Source of the DNA: Candidatus Omnitrophota bacterium
Lineage (GTDB): Bacteria; Omnitrophota; Gorgyraeia; Duberdicusellales; 4484-171
DNA length: 64,000 nucleotides
NCBI GenBank assembly: GCA_028692655.1
Contig: JAQUWY010000002.1
Coordinates: 34,851-98,850 of the forward strand
Reading direction: 5' to 3'
The notes below the pieces were generated by a model. That model ran no database searches, was not told the origin of the DNA, and worked only from the letters and a program-made list of their open reading frames with translations. Shown one piece after another: positions 12,695-21,895 of this stretch (its first letter is position 1; each line of letters starts with the position of its first letter). A program made the translations under genes and the position numbers.

Positions 12695-13003
12695 ATGTTA
12701 AAATTAAGGATAAAATTAAAGGCATTTGATCATAGGTTGTTGGATCAGTCTGCTCAGGAAATAGCCGAAGTAGCTCTGCGTACTGGCGCCAGGGTAAATG
12801 GCCCGGTGCCTATGCCGACTAAAAAAAAGGTTTATACGGTCAACCGCTCAACGAACATTGACAAGAAATCGCGTGAGCAGTTTATGCTGGCTGTTCATAA
12901 GCGCATTATTGACCTGGATAATCCTACGTCTAAGACCATTGATGCTTTACGGAAACTTAACCTGCCTGCCGGCGTTAACGTAGAAATAAAGCAGGAAGTT
13001 TAA
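12695..13003 (+). CDS. rpsJ: 30S ribosomal protein S10
   Basis: 102 aa. [15 protein letters not shown] motif typical of S10. Confidence 0.95.
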   Translation: MLKLRIKLKAFDHRLLDQSAQEIAEVALRTGARVNGPVPMPTKKKVYTVNRSTNIDKKSREQFMLAVHKRIIDLDNPTSKTIDALRKLNLPAGVNVEIKQEV

Positions 13004-13125
13004 ATATACAGATTCCGCAGATTTTTACGCGAAATATGCGGAGAATATGATATTTGCTGCACTATCGTTATTAACTGTATGAAGTGCCGGCAATAAGGGT
13101 TTGACAATACTACTTAAGGAATAAA

Positions 13126-13926
13126 ATGATTAAGGAAATTTACGGAAAAAAAATCGGAATGACTCAAGTGTTTGATGAAGCCGGAAATATGCTGGCAACT
13201 ACCCTTATTGAGGTGGAGCCTGTTTATGCTTTGGAAAAAGTAGATTATCCTAGCGGGACAAAGTTGAAAATTGGCTGCTTCCCAATAAATGCGCTTAAGG
13301 CTTCCAAAGTAAAAAAGCCGGTTCAAGGGTATTTTAAAAAGTTGGGAGTCGATTTTTATAAATACATAAAGGAGGTTGCTCCGGAAGAAGGAACCGATTT
13401 GTCTTTTAAGTTAAAACCGGAGAATGAGCCTCAAGGAGAGGCTAAGGCTGCTCCAAAAGAATCTTCGGATGAAGAAAAGATTGCTAAGGAAGCAAATGCC
13501 AAAGATCCAAATTCTGAAAGCCAGCTTTTAGAGCAGGAAAAAGAGGCCAAAATGGCAAAAGATGAGCCAAACAAGGTGTCTGATCCCAGGAAAATAGGCA
13601 TAGAGATATTTAAGGAAGGAGATATCGTCGATATAAGGGCCAAAACCAAAGGTAAGGGGTTTGCCGGAGGAATGAAACGCTATGGCTGGGCTGGCCAGCC
13701 TGGTTCACACGGTTCAACTACTCACAGACGTATTGGTTCGACTGGTTCTTCAGCTTATCCTTCCAGAATAATTAAAGGCTTGCATATGCCGGGGCATATG
13801 GGGGATTGTTTCAGGACCGTTAAAAAACTTAAGGTTCTAAGTGTTGATAAAGAGAAGAACATTCTTTTTGTTAGTGGTTGTGTCCCGGGGAGCCGGGGCG
13901 CTGTGGTAAAAATAATAAAAGTTTAA
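13126..13926 (+). CDS. rplC: 50S ribosomal protein L3, with ~60-aa Glu/Lys-rich insertion
   Basis: 266 aa. The N-terminus GKKIGMTQVFDEAGN and the C-terminal FAGGMKRYGWAGQPGSHGST...GHMG block are L3. The central segment nt ~13380-13590 is a low-complexity acidic/lysine insertion. Confidence 0.93.
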   Translation: MIKEIYGKKIGMTQVFDEAGNMLATTLIEVEPVYALEKVDYPSGTKLKIGCFPINALKASKVKKPVQGYFKKLGVDFYKYIKEVAPEEGTDLSFKLKPENEPQGEAKAAPKESSDEEKIAKEANAKDPNSESQLLEQEKEAKMAKDEPNKVSDPRKIGIEIFKEGDIVDIRAKTKGKGFAGGMKRYGWAGQPGSHGSTTHRRIGSTGSSAYPSRIIKGLHMPGHMGDCFRTVKKLKVLSVDKEKNILFVSGCVPGSRGAVVKIIKV

Positions 13927-13949
13927 TAAGTATTTATTCAGGATTGTAT

Positions 13950-14627
13950 ATGGTTGAAAAGAAAGCAAAAGAAAAATCAAAAAAGAGCCCAAGCCTTACC
14001 TTAAGCGTTTTAAACGATAAAGGCAAGGCTGTTGAGAAGATAAACCTTGATAAAGAGGTTTTTGACGGCAAAGTCAGCTTAGCCCTCATACATCAAGCAG
14101 TAGTCGCTTATCAGGCAAACCAACGTAAAGGATTGGCTTCTACAAAGACAAAGGGAGAAGTCAGTGGTGGAGGCCGCAAGCCCTGGCGCCAAAAAGGCAC
14201 CGGCCGGGCGCGGTTTGGATCTTCACGTAATCCGGTATGGAGAGGGGGAGGGACAGCTTTTGGCCCCAAACCGCATTCTTTCTACAAAGAACTTCCCAGG
14301 AAGATGAAAACGCTGGCTTTGAAAAGTGCTTTGAATGAAAAATTAAATACAAGCAGCATTGTTGTGATGGATGAAATAAATCTTAAAACTCACAAGACCA
14401 AAGGTTTTGTCGAGATCGTAAACAATATAAAATTAGATGGTAAAAAAACGAGATTTGTTGTTGAAAATCTGGAAAATAATATTAAAATAGCTTCTCGTAA
14501 TATCAAAAAAGCATTATTGATAAAAGCCAATGATATTTGCACGGTAGAGGCGGTTGACTGTGAGTATTTAGTTTTTACAAAAGGAGCTTTGCGAGTTGCT
14601 GAAGAGAGGATTAAAAAGTGTCTGTAG
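13950..14627 (+). CDS. rplD: 50S ribosomal protein L4
   Basis: Start refined to ATG 13950 (MVEKKAKEKS...). The L4 signature GGGRKPWRQKGTGRARFGSSRNPVWRGGGTAFGPKP is present. The listed ORF start 13878 overlaps rplC and is rejected. Confidence 0.9.
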   Translation: MVEKKAKEKSKKSPSLTLSVLNDKGKAVEKINLDKEVFDGKVSLALIHQAVVAYQANQRKGLASTKTKGEVSGGGRKPWRQKGTGRARFGSSRNPVWRGGGTAFGPKPHSFYKELPRKMKTLALKSALNEKLNTSSIVVMDEINLKTHKTKGFVEIVNNIKLDGKKTRFVVENLENNIKIASRNIKKALLIKANDICTVEAVDCEYLVFTKGALRVAEERIKKCL

Positions 14628-14908
14628 TAAAAAGTGTTTATTCAATAATAAAATCACCTTTAGTTACTGAAAAACTCACTAAGGATGCCGGCTATCGTAA
14701 GTATGGGTTCTGGGTGGATAGAGATTCAAATAAGGTTGAGATTAAAAAAGCGATAGAAAGGATCTACAAGGTCAAAGTCGATAAAATCTCGTCGATAATG
14801 GTAAAAGGCAAGATGAAAAGGCTACGTTCCAATCAGGCTGGAAAAACAACTTCCTGGAAAAAAGCTGTCGTTACGTTGAGAGAAGGTTTTGAAATAAAAC
14901 TTACTTAA
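14618..14908 (+). CDS. rplW: 50S ribosomal protein L23
   Basis: 96 aa. Sits between rplD and rplB. L23-like (IKSPLVTEK..., KVEIKKAIERIYKVKV). Confidence 0.9.
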   Translation: MSVVKSVYSIIKSPLVTEKLTKDAGYRKYGFWVDRDSNKVEIKKAIERIYKVKVDKISSIMVKGKMKRLRSNQAGKTTSWKKAVVTLREGFEIKLT

Positions 14909-14920
14909 GGGGCAATTATT

Positions 14921-15760
14921 ATGGGGATAAAAAGATTTAGACCGACAACACCATCTTTAAGGTTCAAGGCTATATCGAATTTTTCTGAAGTTACCAAATC
15001 GAGCCCCGAGAAGTCTTTATTAGCCCCTTTAAAGAAAACCGGGGGTAGAAATAATAACGGCCGTGTAACCATGCGCCATAGGGGCGGTGGCAGTAAAAGA
15101 AAGTATCGTCTCATAGATTTTAGGCGGGACAAATTCGATGTCGAGGGCAGGGTTATAGCTATAGAATATGATCCTAATAGGAGCGCGCGTATTGCTCTGG
15201 TTGAGTATCCTGATAAAGAAAGGCGTTACATAATCTGGCCCGATAAACTTAAAGTGGGCGATAGTGTAACCAGTGCTTCCAATGCACAGATAGATATTCG
15301 TCCCGGAAATACCATGCGCCTGGAGCATATGCCTATGGGCACTTTTGTTCATAATATAGAGTTAATTCCTGGTAAAGGCGGAATTTTGGTCAGAAGTGCC
15401 GGCAGTTGGGCGCAGCTTATGGCTAAAGAAAAAGGATTTGCTCAGTTGCGGATGCCTTCAAGCGAAATAAGGATGATTAAACTTGAATGCTTAGCTACTG
15501 TGGGCCAAGTTGGTTTAATAGAGCATTCTTCTTTTGTGCATGGCAAAGCCGGGCGTCTTCGTTGGCTGGGGCGGCGTTCTAAGGTTAGGGGTGTTGCCAT
15601 GAATCCAATAGACCATCCGCACGGAGGTGGTGAAGGCAAAGCCGGCCAGGGCAATCCTCATCCGGTTACTCCTTGGGGTAAGCCTACCAAGGGTGCTAAA
15701 ACTCGTAAGCCTAAAAAAATTGGCAGTAAACATATTATAAAGAGGAGATCCAAGAAATGA
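14921..15760 (+). CDS. rplB: 50S ribosomal protein L2
   Basis: 279 aa. [14 protein letters not shown] start and the HPHGGGEGK motif. Confidence 0.96.
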   Translation: MGIKRFRPTTPSLRFKAISNFSEVTKSSPEKSLLAPLKKTGGRNNNGRVTMRHRGGGSKRKYRLIDFRRDKFDVEGRVIAIEYDPNRSARIALVEYPDKERRYIIWPDKLKVGDSVTSASNAQIDIRPGNTMRLEHMPMGTFVHNIELIPGKGGILVRSAGSWAQLMAKEKGFAQLRMPSSEIRMIKLECLATVGQVGLIEHSSFVHGKAGRLRWLGRRSKVRGVAMNPIDHPHGGGEGKAGQGNPHPVTPWGKPTKGAKTRKPKKIGSKHIIKRRSKK

Positions 15761-16044
15761 GCCGTTCTCTTAAAAAAGGCCCTTTTATTAATCCAAAGCT
15801 GTTGAAGAAGGTTGAACGGGCTAAATCTTCAGGAGACAGAAAAGCTATAAGGACCTGGTCGCGCAGCTCTATGGTTGTTCCGGAATTTGTAGGATTTACT
15901 TTCGCAGTTCATGACGGGAAAAAACACGTTCCGGTTTTTGTTACTGAGGGTATGGTTGGCCACCGTTTGGGAGAATTTGTTTCGACTCGGACATTCCGTC
16001 AGCATGGTGGCATAAAAGCTAAAAAGGCAATACAGAAAAAATAA
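15757..16044 (+). CDS. rpsS: 30S ribosomal protein S19
   Basis: 95 aa. [10 protein letters not shown]...[10 protein letters not shown]...GHRLGEF is classic S19. Confidence 0.96.
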   Translation: MSRSLKKGPFINPKLLKKVERAKSSGDRKAIRTWSRSSMVVPEFVGFTFAVHDGKKHVPVFVTEGMVGHRLGEFVSTRTFRQHGGIKAKKAIQKK

Positions 16045-16126
16045 TGTTGCGTATCTTTAGCATGGTAGGCTATTGAATTATAAAAAACGCGACACTCGAT
16101 ACGCATAACTTGATGCTAAAAAGAGA

Positions 16127-16486
16127 ATGAAAATGATAGCAAAAGCAGAAGGAAAATATATAAGAATATCGCCGACTAAAGTTAGGCCGGTTATTGCTTT
16201 GGTTAAGGACCAGAAGGCGGCTCAATCTTTATCGAAGCTAGGCCTAATAAATAAAAAAGGGGCATATTACCTTGCTAAGGTTCTAAAATCGGCCATGGCT
16301 AATGCTAAAAATAAAGGTTATCAGGAGCAGGATCTGGTTATCTCTAAGGTAATCGCTAATCCCGGCCCGGTTTTAAAGCGTTACCGAGCTGCATCTTTTG
16401 GAAGAGCTTCGATGATACGGAAAAGGACATCTCATATCTTAATTGAGTTGGATACACCGAATAAATTAATCGAGGGCGTAAAATAA
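16127..16486 (+). CDS. rplV: 50S ribosomal protein L22
   Basis: 119 aa. A+G-rich region upstream of the ATG. L22 family by synteny and sequence (ISPTKVRPVIALVKDQ). Confidence 0.9.
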   Translation: MKMIAKAEGKYIRISPTKVRPVIALVKDQKAAQSLSKLGLINKKGAYYLAKVLKSAMANAKNKGYQEQDLVISKVIANPGPVLKRYRAASFGRASMIRKRTSHILIELDTPNKLIEGVK

Positions 16487-16495
16487 GGTAGGTTT

Positions 16496-17167
16496 ATGGG
16501 ACAAAAAGTTCATCCATACATTTTGAGAATAGGTTTTGGTAAAGATTGGCTTTCTAAGTGGTTTACTTTTAAGAAAAGAGAATACGCTGATTTTCTAGAA
16601 GAAGACCTGCGGGTAAGAGAGTGCATAAAGGAAAGTTACCCCAAAGGTTCGATAGCTGCCATTATAGTAGAAAGAGTTTCTTCCGGAGCTATACGTATTC
16701 GAATAAAAACTTCTCGCCCCGGAGTTATTATCGGCCGAAGAGGCCAAGATATAGAAAGTGTTAAGCAAAAACTTTCCAAATTGGCTAAAAAAGAAATAAT
16801 GGTTGATGTGGAAGAGGTGCTTGAGCCGGCTCTCCAGGCCCAATTGGTTGCTGAATTAATAGCTTTTCAGTTGCTTAAACGGGTAAATTTCCGCCGGGCG
16901 ATGAAGAGAGCTATACAACAAGCCACGTCTATAGGCGGCGAAGGGATAAAAATACGCTGCGCTGGGCGTTTGGGCGGAGTTGAAATAGCCCGTAAGGAGT
17001 CCTATAAATACGGTAAAGTGCCCTTGCAGACTTTTAGGGCAGATATTGACTATGGTTTCTCAGTAGCTAAAACTACTTATGGAACAATAGGTGTTAAAGT
17101 TTGGATTTATCGCGGGGAGAAAAAACTCGGTAGTTATTTGATTCAAGAGCCCCGTAAGGAAAATTAA
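16496..17167 (+). CDS. rpsC: 30S ribosomal protein S3
   Basis: 223 aa. MGQKVHPYILRIG start and the KH domain block. Confidence 0.95.
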   Translation: MGQKVHPYILRIGFGKDWLSKWFTFKKREYADFLEEDLRVRECIKESYPKGSIAAIIVERVSSGAIRIRIKTSRPGVIIGRRGQDIESVKQKLSKLAKKEIMVDVEEVLEPALQAQLVAELIAFQLLKRVNFRRAMKRAIQQATSIGGEGIKIRCAGRLGGVEIARKESYKYGKVPLQTFRADIDYGFSVAKTTYGTIGVKVWIYRGEKKLGSYLIQEPRKEN

Positions 17168-17169
17168 TC

Positions 17170-17580
17170 ATGTTGTTGCCTAAGAGAGTTAAATATAGAA
17201 AAATGCAGCGTGGAAGGCGCAAAGGCCTTGCGGTCAGCGGTTCTACAGTTTGCTTTGGGGAATATGGTATTAAAGCTTTAGGCCCGGGATGGCTTAAGAA
17301 TAATCAGATTGAGACAGTCAGGATTATACTCACTCGCAGGCTTCGCCGAGGCGGAAAATTATGGATAAGGATTTTCCCTGATAAACCGTTCACTAAGAAG
17401 CCGGCCGAATCCCGTCAGGGCAAAGGTAAAGGCGAAGTGGAAGGCTGGGTAGCAGTGATAAGGCGGGGTAGAGTTTTATTTGAATTAGGCGGTATACCCG
17501 AGGATTACGCCAGGGCATCATTCAGGCTCGTTGCGTACAAATTACCATTTAAGACTATGTTTGTTACAAGAAAAAAATAG
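17170..17580 (+). CDS. rplP: 50S ribosomal protein L16
   Basis: 136 aa. MLLPKRVKYRKMQRGR is diagnostic of L16. Confidence 0.95.
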   Translation: MLLPKRVKYRKMQRGRRKGLAVSGSTVCFGEYGIKALGPGWLKNNQIETVRIILTRRLRRGGKLWIRIFPDKPFTKKPAESRQGKGKGEVEGWVAVIRRGRVLFELGGIPEDYARASFRLVAYKLPFKTMFVTRKK

Positions 17581-17596
17581 ATAAATAGGGATTTTC

Positions 17597-17800
17597 ATGA
17601 AGATAAAAGATTTAAGAGGATTATCAAATCAAGAGCTAGAAGACAAGCTGGAAGGGTTGAACAAGCAACTTATGGAGTTGCAATTTAAACGCAGGAGCAA
17701 TGTCGAGAAACCTCATCTTTTCAAAAAAGTCAAAAAGGGTATTGCCCGCATTTTGACGGCAATGGCTGAAAACAAAGGAGCTCGAAGTGGGAAAGAATAA
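17597..17800 (+). CDS. rpmC: 50S ribosomal protein L29
   Basis: 67 aa. Helical, with LRGLSNQELEDKLEGLNKQLMELQFKRRSN. Confidence 0.9.
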   Translation: MKIKDLRGLSNQELEDKLEGLNKQLMELQFKRRSNVEKPHLFKKVKKGIARILTAMAENKGARSGKE

Positions 17801-18026
17801 AATTCTAGAAGGCATAGTAGTCTCAGACAAAATGGATAAGACCGCTACTGTTTTGGTAAAAGAAAAAGTTTCTCATCAACTCTATAAAAAATCTACGGTA
17901 AATCGCAAGAAGTACAAAGCTCATGATAAAGACAACAAAGCAAAAGTGGGTGATAGGGTAAAGATAATCGAAGCAAGGCCTTATTCTAAAGATAAACGCT
18001 TTAAATTGCTGGAGATAGTAAAATGA
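17787..18026 (+). CDS. rpsQ: 30S ribosomal protein S17
   Basis: 79 aa. [16 protein letters not shown] and the following basic stretch ([16 protein letters not shown]) are S17-like. Confidence 0.92.
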   Translation: MGKNKILEGIVVSDKMDKTATVLVKEKVSHQLYKKSTVNRKKYKAHDKDNKAKVGDRVKIIEARPYSKDKRFKLLEIVK

Positions 18027-18388
18027 TTTATATAAGAAGCAGGCTGGATGTAGCTGATAATAGTGGAGCTCGTAAAGTGGCTTTTATCGGTGTAATAGGA
18101 AAGAAAAATAAAAGTCACGCTAACATAGGAGATGTTATTACAGCCAGCGTAAAAGAAGCTATTCCTAATGCTGCCGTAAAGAAAGGTGAAGTTGTCAGGG
18201 CTGTTGTAGTCAGGACACATTTTCCTATCAAGCGCAAAGACGGATTAGCCGTCAGGTTTGATAAAAACGCCTGTGTAATTATAGATAAACAGGGAAACCC
18301 AAGGGCTACCAGGGTTTTTGGGCCTATTGCTCGTGAATTAAGAGATAATTTTAGCAAGATCTTGTCGTTAGCTCCGGAAGTTGTATAA
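18023..18388 (+). CDS. rplN: 50S ribosomal protein L14
   Basis: 121 aa. [18 protein letters not shown] is diagnostic of L14. Confidence 0.95.
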   Translation: MIYIRSRLDVADNSGARKVAFIGVIGKKNKSHANIGDVITASVKEAIPNAAVKKGEVVRAVVVRTHFPIKRKDGLAVRFDKNACVIIDKQGNPRATRVFGPIARELRDNFSKILSLAPEVV

Positions 18389-18397
18389 AGGAAAATA

Positions 18398-18712
18398 ATG
18401 AAGTCAAAAATAAAAAAAGGCGATAAAGTAAAAGTCCTTTCGGGAAAAGAAAAGGGCAAATCCGGGAAAGTGCTAGGGGTGCTCTCGGGGCGTGGTTCTG
18501 TGGTTATAGAAGGAGTTAATCTAATAAAAAAACATATGCGCCGGCGCTCAGAGAGCGAGCCGGGCGGAGTTAAGGAAATACCGTCTCCAATAAGGGTTTC
18601 AAAATTATCCCTTGTGTGTCCTGGCTGCGGCCAGGCGACTCGTTTAGGCGTTAAGATTTTAGAGGATAAGACTAAAGTAAGGATTTGCAGAAAATGTCAG
18701 AAAACGATTTAA
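18398..18712 (+). CDS. rplX: 50S ribosomal protein L24
   Basis: 104 aa. [20 protein letters not shown] contains a KOW motif. Has a C-terminal CxxC...CxxC tail. Confidence 0.92.
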   Translation: MKSKIKKGDKVKVLSGKEKGKSGKVLGVLSGRGSVVIEGVNLIKKHMRRRSESEPGGVKEIPSPIRVSKLSLVCPGCGQATRLGVKILEDKTKVRICRKCQKTI

Positions 18713-19263
18713 ACAAGAACAGTAAGCCGCGGCTTAAAGAGGCGTATTACGAAAACATTTTACCGGAATTAGCTAAAACGCTTGGTTGCAGCAACAAACT
18801 TGAAGTGCCCAGGCTGGTAAAAATTGTTGTAAATATGGGTGTGGGTGTAGCTACGACTGATGCTAAGATAGCTGAGAAAGCAGCCCAAGAACTGGCTATG
18901 ATAACAGGGCAAAAAGCCAAGATATGCCGGGCCCGTAAACCCATATCTAATTTTAAACTGCGAAAAGGTTTACCTATAGGCTGTTGTGTGACTTTACGTA
19001 AAAATATGATGTATGAATTTTTAGATAGGTTAATAAGTATAGCTATTCCCCGTATCCGTGATTTTCGGGGATTTTCTCAAAATTCTTTTGACGGAAGAGG
19101 GAATTATACCTTCGGTTTATTGGAGCAAAATATATTTCCTGAAGTAAATATCGATAAAGTTTCTAGAACTCAAGGCATGAATATTAGTATTCATACCAGC
19201 GCTTTGACAGATGAAGCTGCGCGGGAGCTTTTGGATGCGTTTGGTTTTCCTTTTAGAAAATAA
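18694..19263 (+). CDS. rplE: 50S ribosomal protein L5
   Basis: The second in-frame ATG (18694, [16 protein letters not shown]...) is preferred over the listed 18685. L5 family ([19 protein letters not shown]). Confidence 0.9.
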   Translation: MSENDLNKNSKPRLKEAYYENILPELAKTLGCSNKLEVPRLVKIVVNMGVGVATTDAKIAEKAAQELAMITGQKAKICRARKPISNFKLRKGLPIGCCVTLRKNMMYEFLDRLISIAIPRIRDFRGFSQNSFDGRGNYTFGLLEQNIFPEVNIDKVSRTQGMNISIHTSALTDEAARELLDAFGFPFRK

Positions 19264-19285
19264 ATAAAGTATTTAGGGAGGGACA

Positions 19286-19480
19286 ATGGCGACTACGGCA
19301 AAAATTGAAAAATGGAAGCGAGAAAGAATTAAGCCGAAGTTTTCTACCCGGCGTAAAAATAGGTGCCGTCTTTGCGGCCGGCCTCGCGGCTACATAAGGG
19401 ATTTTGAACTTTGCCGAATATGCTTTCGCCAACTTGCCTGGCAAGGGCTTATACCCGGGGTTAAGAAGGCTAGCTGGTAA
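19286..19480 (+). CDS. rpsN: 30S ribosomal protein S14, type Z (zinc-binding)
   Basis: 64 aa. [10 protein letters not shown]...CRICFR supplies a C4 zinc motif. GGGAGGG RBS. Confidence 0.93.
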   Translation: MATTAKIEKWKRERIKPKFSTRRKNRCRLCGRPRGYIRDFELCRICFRQLAWQGLIPGVKKASW

Positions 19481-19571
19481 AACACAGATTATCACAGATA
19501 TAGGCGAAAGCGCCTGTCAGTAAATGCAGATGGTCACAGATTAAAAAATCTGTGTAACAATTGGAGAAAAA

Positions 19572-19967
19572 ATGAGCAGAACAGATTTAATTAGCGATGT
19601 TTTTACTATAATAAGGAATGCTTCCCGGGCAAAAATGGAGGACACTTATATTCCTCATTCTAAAATTGTAAACAGGATTTGTGAAATTCTCAAGGATGAG
19701 GGCTACATCGAGAACTGTAAAGAAGTTGACCTCCAAGGCCAGAAGAAAATACGTATTTATTTAAAATATGACGGCAGAAAAAGCGTTATAAGCCAGATAC
19801 AGAAAGTTTCAACTCCAGGCAAACGTGTTTATGTTAAGCGTGGCAGTGTGCCTGCAGTTTTACGCGGCCACGGAATTGCGATCATTTCGACTTCTGCAGG
19901 TGTATTTACTGACAAACAAGCCAGGGAAAAAGGCGTGGGCGGAGAATTGATAGGTAAAATTTGGTAA
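19572..19967 (+). CDS. rpsH: 30S ribosomal protein S8
   Basis: 131 aa. SDVFTIIRNA and the GGEL.G motif. Confidence 0.94.
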   Translation: MSRTDLISDVFTIIRNASRAKMEDTYIPHSKIVNRICEILKDEGYIENCKEVDLQGQKKIRIYLKYDGRKSVISQIQKVSTPGKRVYVKRGSVPAVLRGHGIAIISTSAGVFTDKQAREKGVGGELIGKIW

Positions 19968-20015
19968 TTTCTTCGCTTAAAAAATAAAGTTAGTTTTAGT
20001 AAATTGGAGAAAAGG

Positions 20016-20555
20016 ATGTCAAGGATAGGTAAAGAACCTATAGCAGTTCCTAAAGAAATTAAAGTTAAGATAGAGGCAGGAACCCTGCTGGTTGAAAGTT
20101 CCAAGGGTAAGCTGAGCTTAGCTATTCCTTCGGGTATTAGCCTGGAAAGCAAAGATGGTTTTTTGAATGTGTCCAGGGCCGAAGATACGAAATTTCTAAG
20201 AAGTATCCATGGCACTATACGGATGTTAGCAAGCAATATGGTGGAGGGGCTTTCTAAAGGGTTTAAGAAAGAATTGGATATTATAGGAGTGGGTTATAAG
20301 GCTCAGATGAAAGGAAAGAGCCTTATTCTAAACATCGGTTTCTCGCACCCCGTGGATATGCCCGTTCCAGAAGGCCTTAAGGTTTCTACTCCGGCGCCTA
20401 CGAAGATAACCGTTGAGGGCGCGGATAAACAAATGGTGGGTGAGTTTGCCGCTAAGGTAAGGCGGTGGTATCCGCCTGAACCTTACAAAGGCAAAGGTAT
20501 AAGGTATACAGGTGAGGAAGTCAGGAAAAAATTAGGGAAAGCGTTAGCAAAATGA
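20016..20555 (+). CDS. rplF: 50S ribosomal protein L6
   Basis: Start refined to ATG 20016 (MSRIGKEPI...), which has a GGAG RBS 8 nt upstream. L6 family. Confidence 0.92.
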   Translation: MSRIGKEPIAVPKEIKVKIEAGTLLVESSKGKLSLAIPSGISLESKDGFLNVSRAEDTKFLRSIHGTIRMLASNMVEGLSKGFKKELDIIGVGYKAQMKGKSLILNIGFSHPVDMPVPEGLKVSTPAPTKITVEGADKQMVGEFAAKVRRWYPPEPYKGKGIRYTGEEVRKKLGKALAK

Positions 20556-20905
20556 AAAAAATAGGAAGACTCCGAAGGCATAAACGAATCACTAAGAAGC
20601 TTAAGGGCACCTCTATGAGGCCGCGCCTGGTTGTTTTTAGAAGTAAGAAAAATATCTACGCCCAGGTTATCGACGATTCTATGTCTAAAGTGATTGCAGG
20701 CTGTTCTACTTTAAGCAAGGAATTTAAATCTAAAGCCTTGAAGGCAAGCGGTAAAGAAGCCGCCAAAGAAATAGGAAGATCTATTGCTCAGAAGTCATTA
20801 GACTTGGGAATTAAGTCTGTGTCTTTTGACAGAGGTGGATATTTATATCACGGAAGAGTTGAAAGCTTAGCCCAGGGAGCTAAAGAAGGAGGTTTGAAAT
20901 TTTGA
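20552..20905 (+). CDS. rplR: 50S ribosomal protein L18
   Basis: 117 aa. [19 protein letters not shown] and [12 protein letters not shown]. Confidence 0.93.
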   Translation: MKKIGRLRRHKRITKKLKGTSMRPRLVVFRSKKNIYAQVIDDSMSKVIAGCSTLSKEFKSKALKASGKEAAKEIGRSIAQKSLDLGIKSVSFDRGGYLYHGRVESLAQGAKEGGLKF

Positions 20906-21438
20906 ACGGCAAGGATAAAAAAACCTCAGGTTCTACGGATAGAAACCATTCTAGAGATAAAAAGCAATCGTCACGGAATGATTCTCGTAAAGATACTGGC
21001 GACAGAGATCAGGCTTTTATTGAAAAAGTTTTATTTATTAACCGGACAACAAAAGTAACTAAAGGCGGGAAGAACCTAGGGTTTGCCGCTTTAGTTGTAG
21101 TAGGTGACGGCCAAACCAGCGCTGGCTATGCTTTAGGCAAGGCGAATGAGGTAGCTGACGCTATACGTAAGGGCATAAACCGGGCGAAAAAAGAAGTAAC
21201 TGTGGTTAAAAAACAAGGAACTACTATACCACATCAGATAGTAGGAAAGTTTGGTGCAGTGGAAGTACTGCTTAAGCCGGCTTCCAAAGGCACTGGTGTT
21301 ATTGCCTCTTCTCCGGTAAGAGCGATATGTGAATGCGCCGGGATAAAGGATATCCTAACTAAAAATATCGGAAATTCCACCAATCAGATCAATGTAGTCA
21401 AAGCTACATTCGAAGGCTTGAGCAAACTAAAAGGATAA
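20902..21438 (+). CDS. rpsE: 30S ribosomal protein S5, with low-complexity N-terminal extension
   Basis: 178 aa. The S5 core ([24 protein letters not shown]) is preceded by a ~45-aa S/R/D/K-rich extension. Confidence 0.92.
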   Translation: MNGKDKKTSGSTDRNHSRDKKQSSRNDSRKDTGDRDQAFIEKVLFINRTTKVTKGGKNLGFAALVVVGDGQTSAGYALGKANEVADAIRKGINRAKKEVTVVKKQGTTIPHQIVGKFGAVEVLLKPASKGTGVIASSPVRAICECAGIKDILTKNIGNSTNQINVVKATFEGLSKLKG

Positions 21439-21439
21439 T

Positions 21440-21895
21440 ATGGATTTATCGAATATAAAAGTAAGAGTAAAAAATAAAGGCCCTAAGCGGGTAGGCAGGG
21501 GTACTGGTTCTGGTCTCGGGAAAACATCCGGGCGCGGCCATAAAGGAGCCGGCCAAAGAAAAGGCAAAGTCCTGCCTTATATTGGTTTTCGCGGCGGCAA
21601 CCTTCCTTTAGCAAGAAAATTGCCTAAACGAGGTTTTAATCCTCCCAAAAGAAAGATTTACCAGATAGTAAATTTAATAGATATTCAAGATAAGCTTGCG
21701 GACGTTTCAGACATTACTCCTGTGGAGCTTGAGAAAGCCGGTTTGATAAAAAGCAAGATAAAACCGATAAAGATTCTTGCTTCTGCCAAGGGAGATTTTA
21801 CGTTGAAAATATTCTGTAAGGCAGATAAGTTTTCGGTAAAAGCTAAAGAGATTATAGAAGCTGCAGGAGGAAAGACGGAGTGTTTGAGTCGGTAA
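21440..21895 (+). CDS. rplO: 50S ribosomal protein L15
   Basis: 151 aa. Gly/Arg-rich N-terminus (GRGTGSGLGKTSGRGHKG). Directly follows rpsE with no rpmD between them. Confidence 0.92.
   Translation: MDLSNIKVRVKNKGPKRVGRGTGSGLGKTSGRGHKGAGQRKGKVLPYIGFRGGNLPLARKLPKRGFNPPKRKIYQIVNLIDIQDKLADVSDITPVELEKAGLIKSKIKPIKILASAKGDFTLKIFCKADKFSVKAKEIIEAAGGKTECLSR

Noticed and set aside
13878-13949. N-terminal extension of the listed rplD ORF (MCPGEPGRCGKNNK...)
   Set aside because: Overlaps the rplC 3' end in another frame. The conserved L4 sequence starts at ATG 13950.
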